IMG/VR virus record: IMGVR_UViG_3300037466_003757
Span: 1-54,679 of that record
Reading direction: 5' to 3' (one strand)
Source: a virus
Taxonomy: Duplodnaviria > Heunggongvirae > Uroviricota > Caudoviricetes
Length of the DNA stretch: 54,679 nucleotides
The translations under genes and the position numbers were made by a program. The notes under the pieces were generated by a model. That model made no database searches, was not told the DNA's origin, and worked only from the letters and a program-made list of their open reading frames with translations. Below, piece after piece: positions 8,966-18,800 of the stretch; within the stretch, counting starts at the first letter, position 1; every line of letters starts with the position of its first letter.

Positions 8966-9961
8966 TCACGAGTCGGCGACTCTGACCGCGATGCCCGGGT
9001 CGAACTCGATTGACGCCAGGCGCGAGACTTCGTAGTAGTGTCGGTTCAAATCCATGTCAAATGTCTCGATCATATTTATCGAGCCGAGCCGAATCGTGAC
9101 TGGACCGGTCACGGCGATGGCGTTTGCCGGATAGCCGTGAGGCACTACGAACGGAAGTTGCAAACTGGACAGGCCCAGCTGCAACGACATCGCCGACTGC
9201 CACCCGAGATGAATGACCGGTTGCAATGCTGGCCATTTTGCGTATGCGCGTTCAAGAGCCGCACCGACGATCGTGTATGGATCGCCAGTTCGTGTGATAA
9301 CTTCCACATCAGGATGCTCGAGGTACATGTCCCCGGTCACACCGTCGTATCCGTTCCACAACGCATTCGAGATTTGCCATTCGGACGCCGAAGCCAGTGC
9401 TTGCTCCATGAAATCGGCGTAATCTTCAGGCTCGCACATCGGCGGTACGATTCCGTACGCTGTGCATGCGAACGGTTCCGTATCGCGTCCGAGCGCATAC
9501 GATGCGGGAGCCAACGCATTGCTGCCGTGGGTGGTGATAGACGCAGTTGCGTTCGGCGATGTTCCACCGGTAAGTCCGGTGTTATCGGCCGTCATAACCG
9601 CTTCATCAACGCCGGACAGCGATCCGCCGAATGTAACGACCCAAGGCCCGCCGTCGGGTCCCATGACAGTTACGGTCGCGTTCGGCGGGGCGATAGCCTG
9701 CAAGGCCGACTGTACACTTGCTGCTGAAGCGTTGTACGCCAACGGTGTTGTCGTACGGTTATTGAATTCCAGCGTGAACGTTCCACCCGTAGGCGTACCG
9801 TTCATTGTGACAGTCTGCTGTTGATTGGTCGGGGTCGGCGGGTTGCAGATGCTTTGGGTCTGCAGGCTGATACCACGAGCGAATGTGTCGATTGGCCTCG
9901 GACCGCTGGTCCAGGTGCCGTCGCCTTCGATGACGTCGAACGTTTCGAAGAATTTCGCCAT
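8966..9961 (-). CDS. Capsid pentamer-type / minor capsid protein with inserted Ig-like domain
   Basis: Between major capsid and major tail as in cluster-B-like phages; GGTFTL...LAYNASAASVQSAL insert. Confidence 0.65.
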   Translation of the reverse strand: MAKFFETFDVIEGDGTWTSGPRPIDTFARGISLQTQSICNPPTPTNQQQTVTMNGTPTGGTFTLEFNNRTTTPLAYNASAASVQSALQAIAPPNATVTVMGPDGGPWVVTFGGSLSGVDEAVMTADNTGLTGGTSPNATASITTHGSNALAPASYALGRDTEPFACTAYGIVPPMCEPEDYADFMEQALASASEWQISNALWNGYDGVTGDMYLEHPDVEVITRTGDPYTIVGAALERAYAKWPALQPVIHLGWQSAMSLQLGLSSLQLPFVVPHGYPANAIAVTGPVTIRLGSINMIETFDMDLNRHYYEVSRLASIEFDPGIAVRVADS

Positions 9962-10060
9962 GCTCCTGCTACCCTCCTCTCCGCTTGTTCGGATATCGAT
10001 CTTGTTCCGTTGGTTACACGCCCGGGCAGCGAAGAGACAGCTGCCCGGGCGGCGCCCTTA

Positions 10061-11713
10061 CTACGGAGCGAAGATTGTCGATCCGGAGACGTTCGCGACC
10101 GGAGCGAGACCGATCTGCGAGGTCGTGGTGATCTGGAGAGATTCGGTACCGACCTTGGCGATACCCTCGAAGGTCTCAACGAACGTACGGTAGTCGTTCG
10201 TGTCGATCAGCGAGGAATCGCGGACGACGCCGAGATCCAGAATGCCACCATCGAGGAAGAGGAACGTGCCCTCCGCGAACAGCCACCACTTGATGGTCGC
10301 CGGGAAGTCGTTCAACGCGCCCGCGCTCTGGCTGGAGAACGTGTCGTCCATGTGCCAGGTGATGTTGATGTTGCGAGCGTCCAGCCACGAATTGATCGTT
10401 GCGTCGGTTTCGGCCAGTGCCTCGAAGTGAGTCGATGCCGCGATGTCCTCGCGGATCGCGTCCAGTACCCATTCCGGCATGATCGCGCGCAGCTTGACAC
10501 CACGCGGAACGCGGTTACGGTTGCGGTATGCAGCCGCAGCGCGTGCGACGGCCCGCAGAATATCGCGTCCGTAACCGGCGACGTACGAGCTGGTGACCGC
10601 GGTCGACGCAGCTGCGATCTTGTTGAGCAGCGACTGCTCCGCGAAACGAGCGTGCTGAACCAGCGCCAACTGGTTGTGACGCTGTACCAGCTCGGGGTAG
10701 GCGCGGGATACCAGGTTACCGAAGACCAGCGACAGCGTGACGGCGTCGGTAGTCGCGGTTACCTCGGAAGCGCAAGTGACCTGCAGGTGCGGCTTAACAG
10801 CCGGCGACGACGGGCTAGCGTCGTTGGCCGCAGTCCACAGCGAGATAGCGGACGTGTACGCGCCCAGTACCGGAGGCTGGATGTAACGGATACCGCCGCG
10901 GGTCGCGCCGAATGTCGGCAACGAATCGCGAACCGGCCGGATGTTCGAGCCGACACCGTAAATGTCGTAGTTCACCGGAAGCGGGGCGCAATAGCCACCG
11001 GACGCGGTGATCGCCTGTACGCTCGCGATGTTGTCGATCTTGGTCATGTTGCCGAGAACGTCGCTGCGATCCAGCTGACGCTCGTTCGGAATCGATGCCC
11101 GCAGCGAAACGACGGTACGCTTCTCACCGTCGCCGCCGTGGGATCCACGAACGCTATTGATCTTTTCGACCATGGCCTCGTCGATCGCCATAGTGGAGTC
11201 GTACTGCGCTCCTGCGATCAGGCCCTTGATGTCCGCGCCGGCGACGGGTACCGAAGCGATGGAAGCGACTACAGGAGCCTGAGCCTTTTCCACAACCTCG
11301 ACAGTATCGCCCGGGACGGTCACAGCAGATGCTGCCATCGCCAGCTCCTTGCTCTCCTCGATGTTCGCGCCCTCAGCGTCCTCGGCGCCGGGGTCGTTGT
11401 TTTTCTCGTCGCCGTCAGCTTCACCTTCGGTTTCGGTTTCGCCTTCGGTTTCGCCTTCGGTTTCGACGCCTTCATCATCACCTTGTTCGGCGAGACGAGC
11501 GGCTTCTTCCGCATCAACCGACGAATTCACGTCATTGATGAGTTCTTCGAACATTTCGATGCGCTGGACACCCATGAGTGCGTACTCCATGGTGTCGATG
11601 TCTTCGGTCTCATCGGCAGCCTCGAACGCAGCGATCAAATCAGCGCGCAGTTCTTCGCGCTCGTCTGCGGAGAGTGTCTTGAGCGAATCCAGGCGCTCTT
11701 CGAACGTCGCCAT
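10061..11713 (-). CDS. Major capsid (hexamer) protein with acidic N-terminal scaffold-like region
   Basis: Start MATFEERL with GGAGGAG RBS; ITASGGYCAP, RPVRDSLPTF, FLFLDGGILDLGVVRDS motifs. Confidence 0.9.
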   Translation of the reverse strand: MATFEERLDSLKTLSADEREELRADLIAAFEAADETEDIDTMEYALMGVQRIEMFEELINDVNSSVDAEEAARLAEQGDDEGVETEGETEGETETEGEADGDEKNNDPGAEDAEGANIEESKELAMAASAVTVPGDTVEVVEKAQAPVVASIASVPVAGADIKGLIAGAQYDSTMAIDEAMVEKINSVRGSHGGDGEKRTVVSLRASIPNERQLDRSDVLGNMTKIDNIASVQAITASGGYCAPLPVNYDIYGVGSNIRPVRDSLPTFGATRGGIRYIQPPVLGAYTSAISLWTAANDASPSSPAVKPHLQVTCASEVTATTDAVTLSLVFGNLVSRAYPELVQRHNQLALVQHARFAEQSLLNKIAAASTAVTSSYVAGYGRDILRAVARAAAAYRNRNRVPRGVKLRAIMPEWVLDAIREDIAASTHFEALAETDATINSWLDARNINITWHMDDTFSSQSAGALNDFPATIKWWLFAEGTFLFLDGGILDLGVVRDSSLIDTNDYRTFVETFEGIAKVGTESLQITTTSQIGLAPVANVSGSTIFAP

Positions 11714-11885
11714 CTTCTCCTCCGTACTCGAGAAAGTCTCGACAACTGACAATAGATAGTCTTGTCGACTTATGACTTCGATTCGAGGTACCGGAGACCG
11801 GGCGCTCTGGACAATGGTAATCACGTCTAATGAATCATTGCGACCCACCGTTAGTATTTAAATTTGTCGCGTCTGGAAAATCGCA

Positions 11886-11926
11886 CAAAAAAGCCGGAAC
11901 CCGATATTTCGAATTCCGGCTTTTTG
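11886..11926. terminator. Bidirectional terminator-like hairpin
   Basis: CAAAAAAGCCGGAA...TTCCGGCTTTTTG with A/T tracts on both sides, after protease stop. Confidence 0.7.
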
Positions 11927-11941
11927 TTTATCAGATCGCTA

Positions 11942-13510
11942 CTAAGCCGGCTTTCCCGATGCTTTTGCAGCAGTCTTCATTTTCTGCTTGTCCATCATCA
12001 TCTTCAGTCGACGGTGACGCTTCGCGTTCAGTCGTCCGCTGTCGATGTCGCGATCCACGCCACCTTCGGTATCGTTTGTCACATCCTCGCCGGTGTCGGC
12101 ATCTGTCGGAGCGGAATCGTCATTTCCGTCACGTGATCCGTTGTCGGGATCATCGACTGCGCCGGTCGAACGACTGCCCTTGGTGCCTGCCGCGGCCATC
12201 GAGGTGAGACCCTCATCCTCGTCTGCCTTGATCCGACGTCGTCCATGTGCCGGATTTGTGCAGTTCGAATCACACTGATCGATGGTGTGATTGAACTCGG
12301 GACCGCGGTCACGATCGCGTGCGTCGGTGTTGTGCACCACAGGAATGCTCGGATCAGCGTCTCCATCGAAGTCGCCGTCGCCGTCCATGCGGGATCCGTT
12401 CGGACCCTGATCCATGGTCTTCATTCCGCTATTACCGTCGCCGACATCCCGCATAACACCTTGTTCACGCAAATCCGGCTTAGGTTGACGCTTGGATTGC
12501 GTATCGATACCAAGACCGTCCTGATCGGTATCCTTCATTTCACGTGAATCGTACGAATCGTTGACCGTATCGTCCGGCGTGAGAACGAGCAGAACGTTAC
12601 GACCGTCGTCGTAGGTCACACGAAGCATGTCCGGACCGGCTGCAGGTGCAGCAGCGGTAACAGCTTCATCAGTCGATTCGGATACCCGCTCCGAATACAG
12701 ACGCGGCTTTTGATCGATAGGTGTGAGATTGTCGTACCAGTTACCGTCATCGGTCTTCTGCTCGTCGGCGACGCGTTGTCCACCGGCGACGACAGACTCA
12801 AGATCCGCGACGCGTGCAGCGACCGACTGGAGCGCCTCCATGACACCAGCCTCACGCTGCAGTTCGTACATCGCAGCAGCACCCGCAGCGACAAGTGCGG
12901 TGAGTTCGCCGGATGCGACCATCGCCCGAGCGACAGGGAAACCGGGAGTATTGACCTGACAAACCGCGACCAGTTCGAGTCCGTTATTAATCGGACGCCA
13001 GTCTCCGGACGGCGCCGAAGCTCGCAGAGACCGAATCTGCTCCTCGGATACACCTGGACGCAGACCACCGCTGACCCAAATACCGTGCTCGTCTTCACCG
13101 CACGCGACATCGGCAACTGCAGAAGCCGTATCGTCGTAGTGCTGTACCGCTGCGCCTGCATCAGCGTTCAGAGGAGCGTGCCCACCAGCGAGTGTAATTT
13201 GACCGACCGGTACCTCGTTTCCCGCATCGGTCTTGAGCATACCGGTACGGAAAAATGCGTAATTGGATTGGGAACGTGGCGGTTTAGTTCCAGGCGGTAA
13301 ACCGATATGTGAAACTTCCCACGGAGCGATATGTCCATAAATCTTTCCATCAGCCGTAATTGTAATCGGCGTCGGCCGCGACAATTTCGGATTTTGGAAC
13401 CAATCATCTGGCGGATAAAGCGGGCCGCCAGCTGCTGTTAGCGCATTGTAGACCATGGGGCTGTTGTCCACGAGTTCTTCGTACACCCCGTCTACGAGAC
13501 GCAAGGTCAT
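11942..13510 (-). CDS. Capsid maturation (prohead) protease with acidic C-terminal extension
   Basis: PPDDWFQNP, IYGHIAPW, GEDEHGIWVSG, SGDWR motifs; upstream of major capsid. Confidence 0.8.
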   Translation of the reverse strand: MTLRLVDGVYEELVDNSPMVYNALTAAGGPLYPPDDWFQNPKLSRPTPITITADGKIYGHIAPWEVSHIGLPPGTKPPRSQSNYAFFRTGMLKTDAGNEVPVGQITLAGGHAPLNADAGAAVQHYDDTASAVADVACGEDEHGIWVSGGLRPGVSEEQIRSLRASAPSGDWRPINNGLELVAVCQVNTPGFPVARAMVASGELTALVAAGAAAMYELQREAGVMEALQSVAARVADLESVVAGGQRVADEQKTDDGNWYDNLTPIDQKPRLYSERVSESTDEAVTAAAPAAGPDMLRVTYDDGRNVLLVLTPDDTVNDSYDSREMKDTDQDGLGIDTQSKRQPKPDLREQGVMRDVGDGNSGMKTMDQGPNGSRMDGDGDFDGDADPSIPVVHNTDARDRDRGPEFNHTIDQCDSNCTNPAHGRRRIKADEDEGLTSMAAAGTKGSRSTGAVDDPDNGSRDGNDDSAPTDADTGEDVTNDTEGGVDRDIDSGRLNAKRHRRLKMMMDKQKMKTAAKASGKPA

Positions 13511-13637
13511 AGTCTCGGTCCCTTCCGTTGACGACGGCGACAGTGGACGCCGCATTCGTAGCAAATTCTACGTACTTATGCGTCAACGGAGCGACTCACC
13601 GTTAGGAGACGGTGAATATAGATGAATAACTAAAGTA

Positions 13638-15242
13638 TTAGTGTTTTTTACCTGTTTGTTCTGTCGGAGCGTGTCCTGGCCAAAATCCGGTTGCACGATG
13701 GTGCAAATTGGCACAATATCCGTCTACTTCGTGTGCTGGAAGATATTTTCCAACAGCGCGACGACAACGATCGAAATCACCGGGAACGCCCCATCTAATC
13801 TTCGCAACAGCGCGCGGATTACTCGTCCAATATTGCTTGAGACGTTCGGCGCCTTCTAAATGACCTTTTGCACGATCGCTCAATGATTGACTTGCGTCGG
13901 CGATCAACGGCTCGCTATTTGCGATGAATCGCTGCTCTTCAGCGAGCAAAGCAGCCGGAAGCAAAAGCTGCATAATCGATTCAGATGCGCGTAAACTTGC
14001 AAGCAATGATAATGCGGACTTCATAGACGTCCGTCGAATGTCATATGTTCGCTGCGTGGCGTGTGTATCGGCAGCTTCGATTGCCGCGGTGAGCGACCAA
14101 CCGTTTTGTGTATCGGTACTACTCCAACGCACGTGCGCGGAATTGCATGCGCGCAAGCGTGCGGTTTGTGCAGCGCTCAATCCAGTGCAATATGCGCGAT
14201 TGAGTTGCGCTGCAGCAGTCATTCCCTTACTTGCGGTTTCTTTTCCGCCGCTGTTAGCTGCAGTCGCTTTACCGGTTTTACCCGGAACGATTTGCTGTTG
14301 CTTGACGGGTTCGTCCATCAGATTATCGCCAGCTTGTGCGTCGCCGTCGCCTGACGTCGTAACCTGTTGTGCTTGTGATGCATCGGTCTGTTGCAGAACG
14401 GAGCTCAGCGTATCGCCCTGTAATTCGACCAATGGAGGTGGGGAAACCGACATGAGCGAATCAAGCGTGGTCTGATCGAGCGTCCACGCCCCACCATTCC
14501 GAATATAGACTTGAGGACCGGGCGAAATTTTGATGACGCTCATAACCGCAGTCGTATCCGTGGGATCCACGATCGCGTAAAAATGGGAACCGTCATCGAT
14601 GTCACCAGGAGCGACTGCAGCGATCAACGGTACCTCGTCCAAGAACAGAATCGGAACTTCTTCGTGAAGCAGAACCGACTGATGACCAGATGTGAAAGCG
14701 GACGCGGTAAATGCGAGAAGATCGGCGTCGAGCGCAATACCGTCACGACCGACCAGCGAGCTTTCGACCGGTACAGACGTCCATTCACCAGCAACGGTGA
14801 GAACTTCTGCCCGCGCGAAATCGATGTCACCGTTCGGTACACGTACGACATGCTCAAGAATACGTGGCTCGTTAGCAGCTGTCAGACCGACGTAGAGAAA
14901 CGCATTATTATCGTAGCCAATACGTTCGAGTTTGACGTCTCGATCGCGCTCAGCATTTCTGATCAGTCCGGAAATAATTTTCTCAGACCATTCGCGACCT
15001 TGTTCGCCGCCGAATGCACTAGCTGTAATGGGATCGTTCGTCTTTTCCCATACGTGCAACGCTTCTGAAGCAGTGACGCGACCCAACGTGACAAGCTTGA
15101 GAACAAGATCACGATCGTGTTGAGTCATAGACGCAGTGGACGGCGCGGAATACACGCTAGCGGCCACGGTCGCCACGTCACGTGGAACCGAATACGTGCG
15201 CTCGCCCGCGCTCTCCCATACAATTACGTCCGCGTTGGTCAT
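13638..15242 (-). CDS. Head-module hypothetical protein
   Basis: 534 aa; C-terminal LKQYW...KIRWGVPGDFDRC...GYCANLH motif recalled from actinophage head proteins. Confidence 0.65.
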   Translation of the reverse strand: MTNADVIVWESAGERTYSVPRDVATVAASVYSAPSTASMTQHDRDLVLKLVTLGRVTASEALHVWEKTNDPITASAFGGEQGREWSEKIISGLIRNAERDRDVKLERIGYDNNAFLYVGLTAANEPRILEHVVRVPNGDIDFARAEVLTVAGEWTSVPVESSLVGRDGIALDADLLAFTASAFTSGHQSVLLHEEVPILFLDEVPLIAAVAPGDIDDGSHFYAIVDPTDTTAVMSVIKISPGPQVYIRNGGAWTLDQTTLDSLMSVSPPPLVELQGDTLSSVLQQTDASQAQQVTTSGDGDAQAGDNLMDEPVKQQQIVPGKTGKATAANSGGKETASKGMTAAAQLNRAYCTGLSAAQTARLRACNSAHVRWSSTDTQNGWSLTAAIEAADTHATQRTYDIRRTSMKSALSLLASLRASESIMQLLLPAALLAEEQRFIANSEPLIADASQSLSDRAKGHLEGAERLKQYWTSNPRAVAKIRWGVPGDFDRCRRAVGKYLPAHEVDGYCANLHHRATGFWPGHAPTEQTGKKH

Positions 15243-15274
15243 TTCTCGTCGCCCTTCTTCCTACGCGTCTTATC

Positions 15275-15715
15275 CTACGTTGGATTCGACGTGGACGGCT
15301 TATGAGCGCTGTCGAATCGTTTCATACGTTCGGCGTGAGATTCGTCCCTGTTCGACGCAGCCCATACGAGATCCTTGATGCTGGAGCGTCCGCCGCTGAC
15401 CGATTTGTCGGTCAAGTTGTTGGTATCGGCGTCTTCTCGAGCAACGTGACCGTCGCTTTCGAGTTGCTTGAGCAGCGGCAGAACCTTCGAGTTCGATACG
15501 CCGAACGCTTGCGCGATCTCGCTCGTATCGAGCGCTTCTCCACCGATCGTATCGAGAACGTTCCGCTGATTGAGTTGCGATTTCGGTTTGTCAGCGTTTC
15601 GTTTTTCAGCCTCGACCGTAGCGATGTCGTTAGCGAGCGCTTCGTGTTTTTTGATTAACGCTTGCTCGCTGACACGTCGCCGTTTCGCCATCATACTCTG
15701 CGTTTTACTGTTCAT
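15275..15715 (-). CDS. Winged-helix DNA-binding protein (start uncertain)
   Basis: LDTSEIAQAFGVSNSKVLPLLKQLESDGHV HTH pattern. Confidence 0.6.
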   Translation of the reverse strand: MNSKTQSMMAKRRRVSEQALIKKHEALANDIATVEAEKRNADKPKSQLNQRNVLDTIGGEALDTSEIAQAFGVSNSKVLPLLKQLESDGHVAREDADTNNLTDKSVSGGRSSIKDLVWAASNRDESHAERMKRFDSAHKPSTSNPT

Positions 15716-15867
15716 CTCACTCAGTTTGGAAAGTCCACCGGATGACAATCCACGCAGGTAATCGAGTCGATCATTCTTGTTCAGCTTAACGAGCTCACCG
15801 AGCGTACTCGGTTTCGGTTTTGAATCGCCGCCCTTGTCCGGGGCTGCTCCCGCCGGAGCAGCGGGCG

Positions 15868-18800
15868 TTACGCTTTTCCCGCTGAACCCTTTTTCTTTGC
15901 TTGCTCAGCTGCGTACGCGACTCGCATCGGGCCTTTTTCAGTGATCTTTGCGTCGCTCCAACTTTTTCCGAATTCGCGTTCGACGAAGTCATGGAAATCC
16001 TTAGACGACGTATCGACGTGCGATCCGTTGGTTGGAAGACCTCGTTTCGTTAATTCGGATCTGACCGCACCGAGTTTCTTCGATGCGTCCGACAATTCAG
16101 CATATGCCTTCGATTGCTTTTCGCCCATCACCTTGCCGGAATTTCGCGATGCTAAAGCGTCGACCTTGTTTTGGGCGTTGGTTTGCGCTGCTTGTACTCG
16201 TTGATGCGCAATATGCAATTGATCGTCCGTTAATTTGCTGTGCGGACCGTCACTAGTTGTTGTTGATTTTTGCTTCGCATTCAGTACTCGATTAACCGAC
16301 TCCAGCTGCGCATTGATCGCTGGACGCTGATGAGCGGGAGAAATCTTGTACTGATACCGCAGATGACGTTGCTTGTCCTCAAGCTCCTTATCGGAGAGCT
16401 TGCTGTGCTCGGCGTCGTATTCCTTCGCAGATTTGACTGTCACGTCAGGCGTCTTCGGTTGCGCAGTAGCCGTATTCATCGCAGTTCGATGCGCGGCTTC
16501 AGCTCGTGCAGCGCCAAAGTTTTGAGCAGCTGATTTTGATTCGACAGCTTCACGTGCTTTTTTCGCGTCAGCGTAACGATTAGCCGCTTTGTCACGTTCT
16601 GCCTCAGACGCATTACTGCGCGACTTATTCAGCCAATCTTGTTTTGTTGCGTTTTCCCAATCTTTCGCTTTGCTCACTTCATCGGTTGTTGAAACAGACT
16701 TAGCCGGTGCCGATTCGCTCGCAACGTGATGATTCAGCGTCTTGTTCGCGACCGTTTGCTTCTTGCCGGTATCGTCCCACTGAACCGCGGAGTGCGTCTG
16801 ATACGTTTGAATCAGCTTACCGGTACGTCCGTTCTCGTCACGAACCGTATCACCGATCTTGTGTTTGTGACCGTCAGCAAGGGTGGTCTTAGCTTGGAAT
16901 CGTTCTTCATCGTTGCCCTTGGCCTTGAGATTGACCTTACCGAGCTTCTGGAACTTGTCACGAATAAATACCGGTTTTGCAGTCTCAGCTGGCTTTTCAG
17001 CTGGCTTCTCAGCTGGCTTCTCAGCTGGCTTCTCAGTCGATTTCGCAGAATCGCCTGTACGTCGCTTTTGCTCATCAGTCAGAATACTATGCAACGTACT
17101 TGCGTTTTCCAGCAACTGATACGCTTTGAGACCGGGTGAAGTCTTACCGATCATACGATTATTCACCGTATGCGATTCAGCGATTTTAACTGCAGCTTCG
17201 CCCGAATTGACGCGATTCTTAGCAAGCGTGATCTGTTTTGCAAGCTCGTCATCAGTGAGTCCGCGTGCTATTTCGCGATTCTTGGTATCGTCTTTATCGC
17301 TGAATTTAACTGTTTCAGACGCAGACGGCGCAGATGATGTATCCGATTCACGAGGAATTTTCGGAATTTCAATATTGTTCTCTCGCATGTATTTCGCGAG
17401 ATCATCGATTTCCGCCCGAGCGTTTCGCGCCTTGCTGTCGTCGCCATTCTCGCGTGCGATTCGATTCGTCTTTACCGCCGCGTGATAATCAGCGAGAACA
17501 TCTTCTTTTTTGAACTTCGGCACGTTAGTCGGCGTACTAGTCGGCGCGTTGTCTTCGGCGTCGCGATGCGCCCGCTCTCTCTTCATCGCTTGAACGAGAC
17601 GCCCGGCATCCTCAGCCGCCTGACGCGCCTTCATCTCGCGCGGACTTTGCGTATTACCGCGATGTGCACGTGCCGCAGACTCGGCTTGATCTCGTTTCTT
17701 CTGGAGATCTTTGTCCGCGTTCTTCAAACGGAGATCAAGTTCCTTGTCAGACATACGTGCAGCAGTCTCCGCGTGCTTACGCATTTCCGTATCAAATCCG
17801 GACAAGTCACTACGACCAGGTGCAATACCGCGTTTGACAATTTCGTCGTTGATCGACCTGTTATGCGCCGAAGCAGCGTCGATGTCGCTTTGACCGTATT
17901 TGTCACGACCGTATGCTCGTCTGAGCTGCTTGTTGGACTCGTGAAGCTGATCACGAAGTTCGTTGTCAGACAGTTTCGAGAAATCGTTTTTACTGTTGTT
18001 AGAAGGTTTTCTCGATTGCTCTTCCGCTTTAAGAGCCGCCATCTTATCGCTGACTGCATTACGTTCATCAGCTGTCTTAGCGTTGAGATACATCTGCATC
18101 AATTGCGGCTTCGATTCCGCAAGTTGAGCATCAGTCATTCGCGAAAAGCGATCTTTGTCTGATACTTTCGCCGGAGAAGATTCTGTATCAGGTTTTTTCG
18201 GCGATTCAGTTTGCGTTCGTTTTTGAGCTTTATCGGCCACAGAACCTGGACGAATTACCTCGAAAGTATCTGCGTCTTTTGTTTTCGTTTCGGAGTCTGG
18301 TTTGGCGACGATCACGCGATGTTCGTGTTTCAGATGCGCTTGCGATCCATCTTTGAACTCAACGTGAGTACGTCCAAAGAGACGACTTGGCTTGACACTG
18401 ATAACCTCTTTAGTTGCACCAGACATGTCCGAAACGACATGATCACCGGCTTTGAGTTCGTCGCTCCGTCGTGTATTACTTTTACTCTGCAGATGCGCTA
18501 CTGCCTTCGCAGCACCTTCAGCTGCACGCGCGGCATGCGATCCATCCAGCGGAGTACCAATTGGCAATTTATAGCGTTCGACGCCGTCTTGAGACGCAAC
18601 TTTACGAACACCGGACGCGGTTACGCCTTTTTTGTCACGTCGTAATTTACGACGCAAACGTTCCGTCATCGATGGTTCATAATCTTGTTCGAGACCGCGT
18701 GCAAATGCGTCGCCGAGTGTTCGCATATTGATTGCAGTTTCGTCATCGTGGTGACGATAAAACGTTTCGTCTTCGTCAGTACGCTTATCCATACGTTCGT

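Noticed and set aside
7539-11749. Long plus-strand ORFs (433 aa, 642 aa)
   Set aside because: Antisense shadows of major tail and capsid genes, typical of high-GC codon bias
13565-13586. TTGACG...TAGAAT upstream of protease
   Set aside because: Spacer only 10 bp, not a canonical promoter
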